From Mytilus trossulus (taxonomy: Eukaryota), in contig NC_086374.1 of the NCBI RefSeq assembly GCF_036588685.1, positions 71,238,001 through 71,302,000 on the forward strand: a stretch of 64,000 nt of DNA, written 5' to 3'. The translations under genes and the position numbers were made by a program. The notes under the pieces are model-generated. The model was not told the DNA's origin, did no database searches, and saw only the letters and a list, made by a program, of their open reading frames with translations. This document shows, piece by piece, positions 11,449-25,421 of the stretch. Positions within the stretch are counted from its first letter, which is position 1. Each line of letters begins with the position of its first letter.

Positions 11449-13314
11449 TTACGTAATATTATACAAAAAGGCTGTACCACGCGAGTTAGAAATTAGAAGA
11501 ATATTTCTTTCTTTGTCAAAATGGATACAATACGGCTTTTCAATTTTATGTTCTTCTCCTAACAGTTCACGGGCGTACTTTCCATCTGGTGAAATAACAA
11601 CGATACTGTTATTCCCACTAGAAGCCACATAAACATTGGAATCGTTATCAATAGTTACTCCACGAGTCTCCTTCAATACTGATTCGTCTTTGTATTCCCA
11701 AAACTTCTGCCCTGTGACTGTGTAGCATGTGACGGTACTTGAAGCCGAGTTTGTATGGTATATCTTGTCTTTTGATGTTGTCACATAGTTCCAATGATGA
11801 ATGGCTTCGACTTTAACTTCTGTAGTTCTAGTACTGTCATTGTGGGGACGATATCTTATAATATAACTCTGATAAAATACACAACAGCTTTGTAGTTTGA
11901 CGTTTACTAGTTACTAAGAATATAAGGAGACGTCGCCGTGTGACGTCGCCCTTAGATACAATGTGACTTCCGATACGTTGCCGGTCCCGCGGTCTTCTCG
12001 ACAGTCATCAGTGACGTCTGCTGTTAGAATACCACTTCCTAATTCATAATATATCAATCTTCCTTCTATATTTGTAATGCCGAAGCACGCATTGAACGTT
12101 TCAATTCTTTTAACACTCTTTCTATCGGCGATGTTGATGATTTCTATATGATCAGGCTTTGCATTATGGGTGACAGCGACGGTGTTTTCATTAATGCAAG
12201 TAACATCAACGGGACGTTGTGAAACCGGTATTTCATAGTCAAATAATCCGTTTTCTTTGTGGATAAGAAGACGACTATTGAAATTATCTACAAAAACTAT
12301 TTTCCAAGTAGGCATGATAGTGCAGCCTCTAATTCCATTTCCTCTCCTCTTTTCTGGTATCTCAATTTTCTTCAGTAAGGTAAGGTTGATGTCATTGATT
12401 GTTTTTGATATCGTCGGCAATGTATGTTGAGCTTGTTTGTCTCTATCCATCTTCAATGTAATGGTTGGTTGGGTTGTTATAACTGATATCTCTCCTATCT
12501 TTGTCATGGAGAGTATGTCCAACATCTTGTCATCCATTCTACATTTCAGGTTTATTTGTTGTAAGTTTCCATCTTTTAATAAAGACTGCATGAACATCTC
12601 TTCTTTATGGATCTGGGCCTCGAACATTTTACCTCCAAGAAATGATTGAAGGTCAGTTGCAAAAGTTTTCGTCGCGACAATATTTTTTTGTAGCTCATCT
12701 AATGATTTCTCATGGTCGGAAAATTTAGAAAGAAGTCTTTCTATTTGTGAGTGGACTTTCTGTTCCACTGCTTTGATATCCTGTAGAATTTCATTTTCAA
12801 GTATATCTAGGTGCTTGTTTATTTTATCACGTATCATTTGTATATCTGTGTGGAAAGTCTGTCGCTGTTGTTGAATTTTCCCCAAATTCTGTCTCCGGTC
12901 TTTTACTATTCTTCCTAGGTTTTTTTTCACATCTTGTAAACTTTGTTCCATGATGTCATATAATGCCGAGGTCTTCGACGTTTTAACAATATCATCAATC
13001 GCCATCAAATCACATGTTTTGTGGTTTGTTGTGATGCAAAGCGGACAACAGAGGTTTTCATGCTGGGAACAGAAGTACTGATATTTTTTGTCATGGTCTG
13101 AGCAGTATTGGTTTATACTTGCAATAGTGTGTGGTAGTTTTTGATAATTGTTCATTGAAATAACTTCATGATTTCTTGAGGCTTTGGAGGCACGATGGTG
13201 TTTTTCGCAAGATGAACATAACCCTTCGTCACATTCAGAACACCAAAAGTCGGCATCTCTCACCACGTGTTGGGTTTCACACACACCACAAAATGTTTCA
13301 CTAGCTGAAGCCAT
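11449..13314 (-). pseudogene. Second TRIM-like B-box/coiled-coil/NHL gene, interrupted by a solo LTR
   Basis: ORFs 11914-13314 and 11449-11784 are in the same frame. Removing 11841-12003 plus one GTCAT restores ...ADVTDDSTRTTEVKVEAIHHWNYVTTSKDK..., collinear with copy 1. A TTTTCAG acceptor sits 6 nt before the ATG, as in copy 1. Confidence 0.88.
11841..12003 (-). mobile_element. 163-bp solo LTR (TGT...ACA) with 5-bp TSD GTCAT
   Basis: TSD at 11836-11840 and 12004-12008; TG/CA termini. The minus strand has a GC-richer 5' half with CGGAAGT and GACGTCA motifs, then a TATA-like element and AGTAAA. Confidence 0.8.
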
Positions 13315-13427
13315 TCCAGACTGAAAACAAATTTCAAAATGGTGTCAATGAATTCAAAACTAGCTTATCATATGAACAAACGTTCGTATTTTCATAATTT
13401 TTTTTTTTTTTTTTTTTTTTGGTACAT

Positions 13428-13587
13428 AAATTTTCTACATTTGAAAATGCCTGTACCAAGTCAGGAATATGACAGTTCTTGTCCATTCGTTTTTGATGCG
13501 TTTTGTTATTTGATTTTTCCGTGTGATTATGGACTTTCCAAATTGATTTTCCTCTGAGTTCAGTATTTTTGTGTATTTACTTTTTTC
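13428..13587 (+). repeat. Interspersed repeat fragment (ATGCCTGTACCAAGTCAGGAATATGACAG family)
   Basis: Related degenerate copies at ~10270-10445 and ~36060-36350. Confidence 0.55.
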
Positions 13588-15563
13588 AGAAAGAGAATAG
13601 TCGATATTCGAACCGCTTCCTTCCCTTGTAAAATATACAACTATATCTTCATCTTAATTTCCTTATTTGTAAGTTTCATTTAGTGATATTTTTAGATCAT
13701 GTTTTACTTTAATAGAGTATATGTATTAATGAGCATTTCACTTTTTACAGTTTATACATATCTTTAATGTTTTTAAGAGAAATGGCAAAATTAGAAAAAT
13801 CACAAATCCTGAATGAAGGGTTATCATATCAGTTGAAAATGAGGCTAAATGTTGACTAAATTGTAGATCTTTATTTGCTGATCTCTATCGCTTCAAAGTT
13901 CTCATCAACCTACTTTAGGGGGAAAAACAAAAGGTCGACAAAACTTAATTTAATTATTGCTCGAAAATTACTCTTTTTAGTTTGTCGATGACAGTTTTAG
14001 TCGTGTTGTCTGATTTTCAGATCGCATTGTGCTGAATACTTTTGTCGTCTTGTCTATTGTTATCTATGTTTTAACAACAGCAAAAACGAAAAAATTAATG
14101 AAAATCATCTTACATGTTTAATTACTCCTATACGAGTTAAATAATTGGTTTAGAACATGTCAACTTACTAGAAGGTCTTACATTGCTACTTTTATGTATA
14201 TTGTTGCATACTATCTTGAATTAGTTTACATAATAAGTTTTTAATGGATAAAATAACTCAGGAAAAATATCTCCTATAGTTACAATTTCACTCATTTCTA
14301 CTTATTTATAGATCTGATTATGCTTTTTAACAAATTTTGCATCAATCTTGGTTTCTGCACACAAATTTATGAGTTCTAGTAAAAAAACATTTCTTAAGTA
14401 CATAAAAAAGGACAATTTTAGCAATGTGACCAATGTTTAACATCTTTTTATAATCCAAATTTTTTATATGTTATTATTCAGGAAAATAACTCCTGGAAGG
14501 GTTTACTGACGATTTTTTCAGTAAGATATAGACTTACTCGACCTGTTTATCATTTAAAATCCTGTCAGGTTTTCTGGCACTGCTGTTTAGTAGTTTTGGT
14601 TAAGCCCAAATCTGCATTTTATTCATAGGTTTAATTTTAGTAACAGCAATTATGTGTTTTCAACTTCTCTTAGGGACTTTCAGGTAAAGATTTTTCTGAA
14701 AAATTTACTATAATGAAGACATACGACGAACACCAAACGATGACAAAAGCTAAAATACAGGTGAGCTAAAAGGAACAAAACAGAATCATTCAATTAAAAA
14801 ACATCAACTAGGTGTCTACAACTTTTCGGCTTTAAACACCAAATTTGTCTATACATACATTGCAAAGTGTAAACACGGTCTTTTTTTTCCTCAAACTTTA
14901 AGATCAATTATTATCCATCGAACAAAGTCCCTCTTTTTATATATTTGAAAGCAATACCATTATTTATGTACCTCAATATAAGTTATGAAAAAAGTTTTTA
15001 AGCAATAAGTGACAGAAAATTCGGAACGTATAGCAGCCACAACACAGCAAGAGCTGAAATGCGTAAACCATTCTCAAATTGATTAATATATTTGTATCAA
15101 CATGATCAAGGTGTTTCCATAGCAGGTCATAACAATTAATTCGAAAGTACTTTTGATTTAATCATCATTTCCGTAATGAGAGTCATTTGTTAACACATCA
15201 AGTTGTAGATATATAAAAAATTATCAGTGATTTTACCTCAAAATATTGCTGTCATCGGGTTAAAATAAATATATCAACTTCTAAAAAGGTCAATATATCA
15301 ACCCGGATGTATAAAGGCGACAAATACGTAATACAGGTATACTCTACACAAGAAAATGCAACACAAGAACTATAAATAGACTGCTGCTTTCATTTTTTAT
15401 AACAGCCTGTCCCTGTGGTGTAGTCTTGTAAACTGAACGCACTTAAAACACTCCGACAAATAAAAGCACTTTCAAAATAATACAAAATGTTAAAACAATG
15501 GAGGTATAAACGTATCGAGATTTTGAGATAGATAGAGGTATGATATATGGCTCCTGAAAATCA

Positions 15564-17013
15564 AACTAGAGGCTCGCAAGAGCCTGTGCCGCTCACCTGT
15601 ATCTAATGTGATTTTGGAAATTATGTAAAATTATATAATGATTGAGACCAAGATTAGTTTAAGATGGCACAGTATTTAAAATTAAAAGCAGGTCATCTTA
15701 GTGTAGTCTTACAATAGCTACTGAAGACACCATTATTATTTTTGAACAAGTGGTCAAGTTGTGACCATTCAGAACTTTTTTACAAACTCATCAAAGGAAT
15801 AGATAAAAACAGTCATATTCCTTACTTGGTGTAAGCATTTGCTTATGTAAAAAAAAAATCGATGAAACCTGAATGGTATAATTGATCTGAAAATAAGTAC
15901 TCCTTTGTTGCAAAAAAGTTGGTACCGTTAAAACTATTTAATAAGGTACATGTAGGTCTACAATAGTTCACATTATAATTGAGTTATGGATCAGCTACAA
16001 AAGTAACAACACTTGGTTTACAAATCAAAAGCAACATTCATACCCTGTTTTACTTCATTCTATTTAGTGATTCTCTAAAATGGACATTTGAATGTAATTT
16101 CCATTAGTATCTGTCGGTGGCCATCTCTGATGATGGAATCGGCTATAAAGTAACAACACTTGGTCAGCACCTCATAAATAATATGCATGCCATATTTGGT
16201 TTCAATCAATTCTGTGGTTCTCTAAAAGAAGTCATTTTGATTTGATTCCCATAGTGTCCTATGTCAACATAAGTCCCCACGCTGGCGGCCATCTTGGATG
16301 ATGGATCGGCTACAAAGTAACAACACTTGTTCAGCACCTCATAAGAAATATTCATGCCATGTTTGGTTTCATTTCCATTCAGTGGTTCTCTAAAAGAAGT
16401 CATTTGTATACATTTTCCATAGGGTCCAATGTTAAACTAAGTTCCCCGCTGGCAGCCATCTTGGATGATGGATCGGCTACAAAGTAACAACACTTGGTCA
16501 ACACCTCATTAGGCACATTCATGCCATGTTTGGTTTCATTCCATTCAGTGGTTCTCTACAATAAGTCATTTGTATGAATTTCCCATGGGGTCCTATGTTA
16601 AACTAAGTCCCCCGCTGGGGCCATCTCGGATGATGGATCGGCTACAAAGTAACAACACTTAGTCATCACCTCATAAGGAAAATTCATGCCATGTTTGGTT
16701 ATATTCCATTCAGTGGTTCTCTAAAAGAAGTCATTTGTAAGCATTTTCCATAGGATCCTATGTTAAACTAAGTCCCCCGCTGGCGGCCATCTTAGATGAT
16801 GGATCGGCTACAAAGTAACAACACTTGGTCAACACCTTATAAGGAACATTCGTGCCATGTTAGGTTTCATTCCATTCAGTGGTTCTCTAGAAGAAGTTCA
16901 AAATGTAAAAAGTTAACGCAACGACGACGACGGACGACGGACGACGGATGATGGACGACGGACGACAAGTGGTGATAAAAGCTAACTTGGTCCTTCGGGC
17001 CAGGGTGCTAAAA
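15564..17013 (+). mobile_element. Helentron-associated (HINE-like) element with an internal ~166-bp tandem array
   Basis: 5' AACTAGAGGCTC..GAGCCT..GCTCACCTG; 5-6 units (GGATCGGCTACAAAG at 16303, 16470, 16635, 16801); (GACG/GACGACG)n microsatellite at 16920-16966; 3' hairpin TGGTCCTTCGGGCCA then A-run. Confidence 0.75.
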
Positions 17014-17169
17014 AGGGAAACTTAAATTTACATATTGAGTTATATATGACGAAACATAAGCCAAATTATTGTAGTTTGCCATTATGCAAGTCTTTCAGCA
17101 TATATAGCTATATATATAAAGATCACTATAATAAATGTTCTTGTGTATAGAAATATATATATAGATTAC

Positions 17170-17658
17170 TAATATGGGGACGAAGTCCCAAATTACAGTA
17201 GAAAATTCAATAAAAAAAATAATTCTGGAAAATTTCCCGAATTTTTCATTGTACTAATGAACTCAAAATCATTCAATTTTTTTTATGTCGTGTTTTGAAA
17301 TCCCGGACCTGCACAGAAATCTACAATGTACTTCCTTTTTCCGGTTTTGTTTGTATTAATCTTTGAGTAAAATATATATTTAACAGTCTAGTATAAAAAG
17401 GAAGGAACCCAATACCAATTTCATTTTTAATAATTCCTTGATATGAAAAAACGTTACCTGATGGTAGCGTTTCTTTGTTTACATTGCATATGACGTCATA
17501 ACTTAAATAACGTCACAACTAAAATGCCTAACAACAGAACCAAAATCGGAAACGTTACGGTAGTTCCGTTTCTTTTTTTTTTTAAATATTTTTAAGTTAC
17601 ATAAAAAAATATTCATACAGACTTCGTCCCCATTTACAGGTAATGCCTGCCTCATATT
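17170..17658 (+). mobile_element. ~490-bp non-autonomous element with subterminal inverted repeat, copy 1
   Basis: TAATATGGGGACGAAGT ... ACTTCGTCCCCAT ... CATATTA; closely similar copy at 25422-25896. Confidence 0.75.
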
Positions 17659-17659
17659 A

Positions 17660-19742
17660 AATCCAACATTTCCGGTATGAATAGTTTTAATTCACTAGTA
17701 CTTTCATGTTTAAATAACAATCTTCAGGTGAAACTATACATGATAAACGTAACTATGTAACGGTAGGTATGTAACGTCATAGTTGTCGTTGAGTATAAAA
17801 AGGGAGATAAATCGTATTACACTTAGTCTATAAATAGAAGTATGGAACGTCATGATTACACAATAGAAAATGCACAGTTTGCATTCAATCGTGATTTAAA
17901 TTTTAAAATAAAATGTTTTTCCTTGACTTCTCGTGTAATGTCACAACCCATATTCATTTTATAAAATGGGAATATTTTAAAAAAATCCCCCGCCACATTC
18001 GTCTAAATGTTTGCTAAGAGGGATTTTTCTGTATTGTGGCTGCCGTATCTGTTGTCTATGAATGCGCACTCTTTCTGTTACACTGTTCCCTGTTTGACCG
18101 ATATAAATTTCCTGGCAACCATTACATTTAATGCAATAAATTAAATTCTTGGATTTACAGGTAATGTTTTCGTTGGTAAAGAGTGATAGACCATTGGGTA
18201 TGTCCATTCCCTTGCCGACATGGATATACGTACATGCTCCACAACGACTATCTCGAAATTTGACACACTGAATGTTCTTTTTTGGTCGAATCGTGCTCGG
18301 GTCAATAGTCATTTGAGGTTTTGTGGTTGCCGTTTACTTTGTAGAAGTGTTTCTGAATTAATTAAACGGTGCATCTTTTCATCCTGACCAAGAATAGCTA
18401 AATTTGCTTTTGCAACAGGAATAATTTTAAAGTTCCGGGGATTATGTGTAATAACGAACGGTATTTTATCGTTGTTGTTACTCTGCTCCTCGCGAGTGGA
18501 GCGTAGTTGGTTTATTGGGATCTGTTTTGCCATTTGAATTCCCCTTTCTATTAAAGTCTCTGGATAGTTTTGCTTGATCAAAAATGATTGTAGTTCCTCT
18601 AGACGGTCTTCTCTCAAATGTTCATCCTCGACTACTGTGCATATTTTTCTTGCTAAACAATAGGGGATATTCCTTTTGGTATGAGACGGGTGGCACGAAT
18701 TAAAATCTAAATACTGATGAGTATCAGTTTCTTTATAAAAAATATCAGTTTTAATTTCGGTGCCATCTTTAATAACAAGAATGTCTAGAAACGGCAATTG
18801 TTTGAAATTTTCACCCTTCGTGAATTTTATGGAGGTATGAAGGTTATTTAGTATGTCCGAAAATAGTTGGAGTTCTTCGTCGGATTTGGTCCAGATAATG
18901 AAGCAATCATCAAGGTATCTTTTCCATGATAATTCAAATTCTCCTGCAAATTCAACTCCAAAATTATTTTCAACTTCTTGATACAGTCTTTGTGTGAGAG
19001 AAAATCTATATCGTCTCTTATATAGCTCGGTACATATTTAAATAATGGTTTCAGAATTATGTCTAAAAAGTTGCTTAGTCTGTGAGTGGGACACGCTGGA
19101 CCTGCAATGATGGGTCTTAGTTTTAGATCCGTCGGGCTTTGCACTTTTATGTATTCATTTTTCTGAATATTAATGGCCGATTGGATCTCCTTTGATTTAT
19201 GGATTTTTGGAAGACCATAAAAGTTACTTGTTTTCCTTTCGAAATTTTTCAAGTAATCATACTCCTTTTTCGTTGTTGCCGTTGTGTATTTGTTCAGTAC
19301 GGTATTCATTCTTCTCTTGACTAGATGATCTATATTATCAGGAATTTCCGAGTAGAATGTCGAATCGTTGAGTTGTTCTTCCACTTTAATTCTATAGTAG
19401 TCTGAATCCATTATTACTATTGCCTCACCTTTATCGGCCTGCTTAATTACTATGCTTTTATCGTTTCTTAGATTATGGAGTGCTGATTTTTCGCCTTTAG
19501 TTAAGTTGTGGTTGCCTTTAATTTGTGTAAGTGGATAATTGGACAAGTTTTTCGATATAGTCATCTAAACACTTGTTTCTTCCGGTTTGTGGAATAAAGG
19601 TAGATTTGTTTCTTACTAACGAGTCGTCCTCCTCAGTTTCTTTATCAGCGTAATATTCAGTTAGTCTCAATCTTCGACAAAATTTCAACATGTCTGCTTT
19701 AAGTTCTTCATGATCCACAGAGGGAGTTGGCGTAAATTTTAA
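17660..19742 (-). mobile_element. Decayed Penelope-like retroelement (RT + C-terminal GIY-YIG endonuclease)
   Basis: KFTPTP, IVIKQADKG, FYGLPKIHK, LRPII, PFLDI, FYKETDTHQYLDFNSCHP, Cys linker RCGAC, GIY-YIG NLIYCIKC..C...YIGQT. Frameshifts and an internal deletion of the RT core near 18990. Confidence 0.92.
17691..17732 (-). ncRNA. Minimal type I hammerhead ribozyme in the Penelope 3' repeat
   Basis: Minus strand: UUCAC CUGAAGA U-UGUU-auuua-AACA-U GAAA GUAC UA GUGAA. Perfect 5-bp stem I, palindromic stem III AGUACU, same strand as the element. Confidence 0.75.
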
Positions 19743-21042
19743 TATCTGAATATTCTCAAAACTGTCCCATTATATATCAAAAGATGAATCATCTCGATAA
19801 AGCATTTAAATTTACGGAAATCTCCACACAAAAAAACTTTTAAGATAAGCAATTTATTAATGTCCGATGCATCATTTTCTTAGAAATTGAATAGAAATCA
19901 AGTTCAGATGTCAAACTGTTGGTAAAATGTAGAGAAATAAATCAATGCATCAGTTACTCGATTAATTACAGATTTGAATTCAAGGACAGATTCAATTTAG
20001 TTACTTCTGATTAAAGAATCTTGAATGTTAGTTTAGACTACATTTTTTTTGTTGTGATTTAGTATTAAATCAAAATGTATTTGGTCGAACAACATGTATA
20101 TGGTAGTTTAAGATAAATTAACCAAATGAACACAGAATAAAATCTTTTTCAACGTTGATTAAAAAGCTATCACCCTATGCGTTATCTGAATACCCATTAC
20201 CTTAAACATGTATAATGCTCAATTTTATGTAGATTATCCTATTGTCTGCACACTTTGAAATGTCCATAATCGTGTTGGCAAAAATGTCAATTAATTTATA
20301 TTAAGGGCAAAAACACATATACATAACAGAATAACCACAAAATATCAGGTCTCATGTTTGTTCAAAACGTGATGCAACAACACTTTGAACTAGTTGCCAG
20401 TAACTCTGAAATTAGTACAAAGTGCCTTTCAGTTGTGGTGGCGTATAAGTAACTAACTAAGTCATCTCTTTGTTTTTTTTAATATATGTATTTCTATTTG
20501 TATCCATCTGATGATTTAAGCACTTTTCAGCAGGTTTATATAGTTCGTTGGCATATATGTTGTACATTTTCACCACTGTCCCAGGTTTGGCGGAAAGTAA
20601 GGATCCCGGTAACATTTTTACCCGCTCAAAATTCTGTATTGTTGTGCTTGTCACAAGAGAGGAGCCTATAATTAAGTGGTTGTCGTTTCTTGCTGTATTA
20701 TACACTTGTTTCTCGTTAATTTTTTTGTACATAAATTAGACCGTTAGTTTCCTCGTTGAATTGTTTCAGGGCCTTTTATAGGTGACTATGCGGTATGGGC
20801 TTTGCTCATTGATGAAGGTCGTACGGTAATCTATATTGACTATTTTAGAAGATACATTTCTAATGTTCCAAATATTAATTTGTTTAAAGTATGCTAAATT
20901 TTAAATGTGAATAAAAGTATAGTAAATCTATAATTCTTTTATAATGTTGAACATTGTCCGTTTTTTACATTTATAATTTTCTTGAAATTTTACAACATAT
21001 ATTTCTATATTTTCAACCGGAAAAGTTAAAACACAAATGTCA

Positions 21043-22668
21043 TTAAATGTTATACAAAAAGGCTGTTCCACGATAGTTACTAACAAGTAGAATGTTTCTT
21101 CTTTGATCACAATGGATACCATAAGGACAATTAATTCCAATTTCTCCCCCAAATAATGTCCTTTCCATCTGGTGAAAGTATGGCGACATTGTCATTCCCG
21201 TAGGATACCACATACACATTGAAATGGTTATCAATTGTTACCCCACGAGTCCCTTTTAACATTGATTAGTCTTTGTATAATTCCCAAATCTTCTGTCATG
21301 TAACTGTGTAGCAGTTGACGGTACCTGTATTTAGGTCTGTACGGTATATCTTGTCTTTTGATGTTGTGACATAGTTCGAACTTTGCTTTCATCCAATTTC
21401 AACCACTGTTGTGACACTACTTTCATTAGTGACGTCTATTGATTGAATACCACTTCCCCATTCATAATATATTAATCTACCATTCATATTTGTAATGCCA
21501 TAGCAAAGATTGGACATTTTAATCTTTTTAACAATCTTTTTTATTTTTGATGTTGATAATTTCTATACGATAAGGAAATGCATTACGAGTGACAGCGACG
21601 GTGTTTTCATCAATGCATGTAACATCTACAGGATGTCGTGATACAGGTATTTCACAATCAAGTAATCCTCTTTCATTGTGGATTACAAGACGATGGTTGT
21701 TATTATCTACAAAAACTATTTTTCTAGATGGGATGATAGTGCAACCTGTGATTTTAGGCTCCATTTTTCCTTTCGGAATCTCAATTTTTTTCAATAAAGT
21801 AGGATTGATGTCATTGATTGTTTTTGGTATCTTCGGTACTACTTTTTGAGCTTGTTTGTCTCTTGTCATCGTCATGGTAATGGTTGGTGTGTTTGTTATA
21901 TCTGGTATCTCTTCAATCTTTATTTTAGAGAGTAAATCAGACACATTATCATCAATTCTGCAAAGTACGTTTATTTGTTGTAAACTTCCATCTTATATTA
22001 AAGAATGCATGAACATCTCTTCCTTTTGGATCTCGGTCTCAAATATTTTTCCGCCGAACAATGTCTGAAAGTCTGTGGCAAAATGTTTAGTCGCAGATAT
22101 ATTCTTCTGTAGCTTATCTATTGTTTTACCATGGTTGGAAATTTGTGAAAGCAGTCTGTCTATTTGTGATTTGGCTTTTTGTTCTGCATCTTGGATATTC
22201 TGTTTTATTTCCTGTTCAAGTTTATCTAGATGTTTGTTTATCTTGTCCCGTATATCTAATATATCTGTTTGGAATCTGTGTCGCTGTTGTTGAGTTATCT
22301 CTAAATTATATCTCCGATCTTCTACTATTCTTCCAATGTTGCTCTTCATATCTTTTAAACTTTGTTCCATAATGTCAAATAATGCAGAAGTCTTTGACGT
22401 TTTGACTATTTCATCAATAGCCATCAAATCACATGTTTTGTGATTTGAAGCAATACAAATCTGACAACAAAGTTGTGCATGATGGGAACAGTATTGTTGA
22501 TACCTTTGCTCATGGTCTGAGCAGTATAGCTTTAAACTTGCTATTGTCGGTGGTATTTGTTTATAGTTATCGATCGAAGTAACTTCATGATTCCTTGTGC
22601 CCCTTGAAGATTGGTGGTGCTTTTCACATGATGAGCATAATCCTTCATCGCATTCAGGACACCAGATG
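21043..22668 (-). pseudogene. Third TRIM-like B-box/coiled-coil/NHL copy, pseudogene
   Basis: ORF pieces 21993-22685, 21528-21944 and 21043-21234 are collinear with copy 1. In-frame stop at 21993, several frameshifts, and the first half of B-box1 and the start are missing. Confidence 0.88.
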
Positions 22669-24231
22669 TACTTAGAATTTGCCAAATTGTAAATCTTTTT
22701 TGTCAGATTTGTTTTTATCTTGTATCAATGATCACTTGACTGTTAAAAACTATACAAAGCTATTAAGGTTTCGAGACAAGTACCAAAACTGTAAAATAAA
22801 TGAAAAAAAAATTCATTTAAGGACAATTTTTAAGTTTTTTCAGTCTCACAATTAGGCCATGTGACTGACGTTGACAATCTTTTGAAATTAGACACACAAA
22901 GAACACAATTGAATATAATTTGGTGAGTCCATTTCAGCGACGGATTTTGAAAGCGTTGATTCTAGAAAAAGAATCCACGGTAAATGAATAGGTTGACGTC
23001 ACCACAATGGTTTAAATTTTTGTATACCTTAATATAATTCATTTAATAACTTTAAGTCTGCAAACAATTTTCAAATAGATTTATTTTACCTATCTCCTTA
23101 TTTGTTTATGATATATAATGTATGTCATAGTGTTCCATAGCAAATCATAACAATGATTTGAAAAGTACTTTATTTGGTACCGTACTATACGCTGCGATTC
23201 ATGAATAAACTATAGCATTAATTTTGAAGAAATGTGAAAAATATACATGATTTACCTCAACCTGTTTACAGTGTATATAAAGTGCGAATCCAGCTAGTTC
23301 ATTTTTACTGTTATATGCGGGTATTCTATTGTAGAATAAAGGATCATGGGAAAATAATATTTGTTTACGTTTTGAAAATATCAAGTTAAAGGATTTTAAG
23401 TTAAGTTTTAACATATTTTCATTGTGATATGTCTTTATAATATACAAACATAGCATTAAAGTTCAAATAAGTGTTATAAAAGCATCATAATATAGCATAT
23501 TGATTATTGAAAGCGATCCATTTTAACTATAGATGCGATGAATTATCACTGTTAGAGCAGTCATTATTAATGTAGAATTTTCAAAGATGCGAGGAATTTT
23601 TATTGTAGAATTATGTGATAAATGCACTTGCAACAAATGAAAAAAAAACTTAGTTGATGACTTTAGGATTTATGATACATGTATTTTCAAATTGAAATAC
23701 AAACTCCTCATTCATTCTTCATCAAATATATAACTTTTTAAACTTGTAACAAAAGCGATTCTCAAAATGTCATATTGTATTCTTCAGAATACGTTTCTCC
23801 TTGATTTTAACTTATATAGGGAATCACTGAAGCGTGACAGCAGCGGGCCCTCTTAGGCAGTCAGTGGGCCCCTACTTATGAAAAATTCTAGATCCGCAAA
23901 TGGATACTACCGCAGAGGTAAAACCATGCACATTTGGGTTATTGTACACAAAATGCATGCTACAATTCATTTTTGTTGATTTAGACCCTTTGGAATTCTA
24001 TGTGGGCTATTTCAGCAACTAGGCAAAAAATCCCAAAACTAGATACAAGGTTGGATTCAGCATGTCAACGAATTCCAAATATCTATATTAAAGGACTTTT
24101 GTCTATAAATTTGGACCCCACAAAATTGAAAAAGGGACCAAAAATATAAAAAAAAATGCATGCATCGGATACATTTGTTATTGAAATCATGACTGTAACA
24201 ATAGGATGAATATACCAAAATATCTTATTCT

Positions 24232-24476
24232 GGGGTCTCATTGAGGGTTCTGATCCCGGATCCCGCTTACTGTTTTGACAGATTCCCGTATTCCGCTTAT
24301 TGTTTTGGCAGATTCCCGTATCCCGCTTATACTATGCAGTTCTATTTTTTTGTAATTATCCGTGTCCCGCTAGACTTCATTTCCCGTTTTTCACTACACA
24401 ATCATTTGACTTTCACCTGTCACGCTAGCAAAAAATCGGCAATCCGGCGTGACGCTTATACCCAAATGCGACCCAC
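24232..24476. mobile_element. Small MITE-like element
   Basis: Imperfect terminal inverted repeat GGGTCTCATT / AATGCGACCC; three internal ~30-bp repeats GATTCCCGTATCCCGCTTA. Confidence 0.55.
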
Positions 24477-24989
24477 TATTTTACTCTATTTTGACTCATA
24501 TTAAGCCCATTATAAATATATTAAAAAGGTAGCGTGGATTTTTTTATCCCTTTTTATCCCGTATCGTTTCGTTTTTGAGCCATATATAGATGTCGTATGT
24601 GACAATGAGACAACTCTCCATCCGAGTCACAATTTATAAAAGTAGACCATTATACGTCAAAACACGGTCTTCAACAGGGAGTCTTGGCTCACACCGAACA
24701 GCAAGTTATAAAGGGCTCCAGTGTAAAACCTTTTAAACGGGAAAACAAAGGTGCAATATATATCAAGATGTACGTACTAAGTAGTGGTGAAATGGATAAA
24801 AAAAAATAAGGATAAAGATCCCTATACGCTTTATGAGAAACTAAATGGATTACATTTGAAATAAATGTTATTTCTATTGAATTTATTTAGAGTGTTTTAA
24901 AACCAAACTTTCCTCCGTAAGTTAATTTTTATCAAATCTTTCTCTTACTTTATCTATTGTTTGAGCAAGTCGGCTAAATTAAGGCTTTA

Positions 24990-25223
24990 CAGCTAATTTC
25001 CTAATGCATGTAAAGCAAATCTTTGGTTGGCTTGCTTGCTTTGTTTGTAAAAATGTTTATACAAACTTTGTAAATAAGACATTTTAAACAATATGAATAG
25101 GCATAGTTTAACCTGTATTTTTAATATTTGAATTAAGTTGGGTGTTATCATAATGATTATTCAATAAAAAAAAGCAAGCAAATCAACTAAAGTCTTGCTC
25201 TACATGCTTAAAGAAATGAGCTG
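24990..25223. mobile_element. TA-flanked MITE (Tc1/mariner-like)
   Basis: ta|CAGCTAATTTC...GAAATGAGCTG|ta with ~55-bp imperfect TIRs. Confidence 0.65.
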
Positions 25224-25421
25224 TATTAATAGATATAAAAAAAAATTATACAGTGAAAATGCACCACATATACAATACTAATGATTCGCTCCACAGTGAA
25301 AATGAAAGAATAGTATCATTATTCGACAGTAAACATGACTAGCATTACGAAATCATCATAGTGGAATTTAGTTAAATATGAAGAAACTGAATGACAAAAC
25401 ATATTCTACGTTACACAACTT

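Noticed and set aside
15990-16900. Regular repeats resembling a CRISPR array (also 32130-32600, 57116-57770)
   Set aside because: Whole units repeat with no unique spacers, there are no cas genes, and the context is eukaryotic.
4498-22372. Plus-strand ORFs conserved across copies (4498-4969, 12437-12649, 21589-22372)
   Set aside because: Antisense shadows of the TRIM-like coding sequences.
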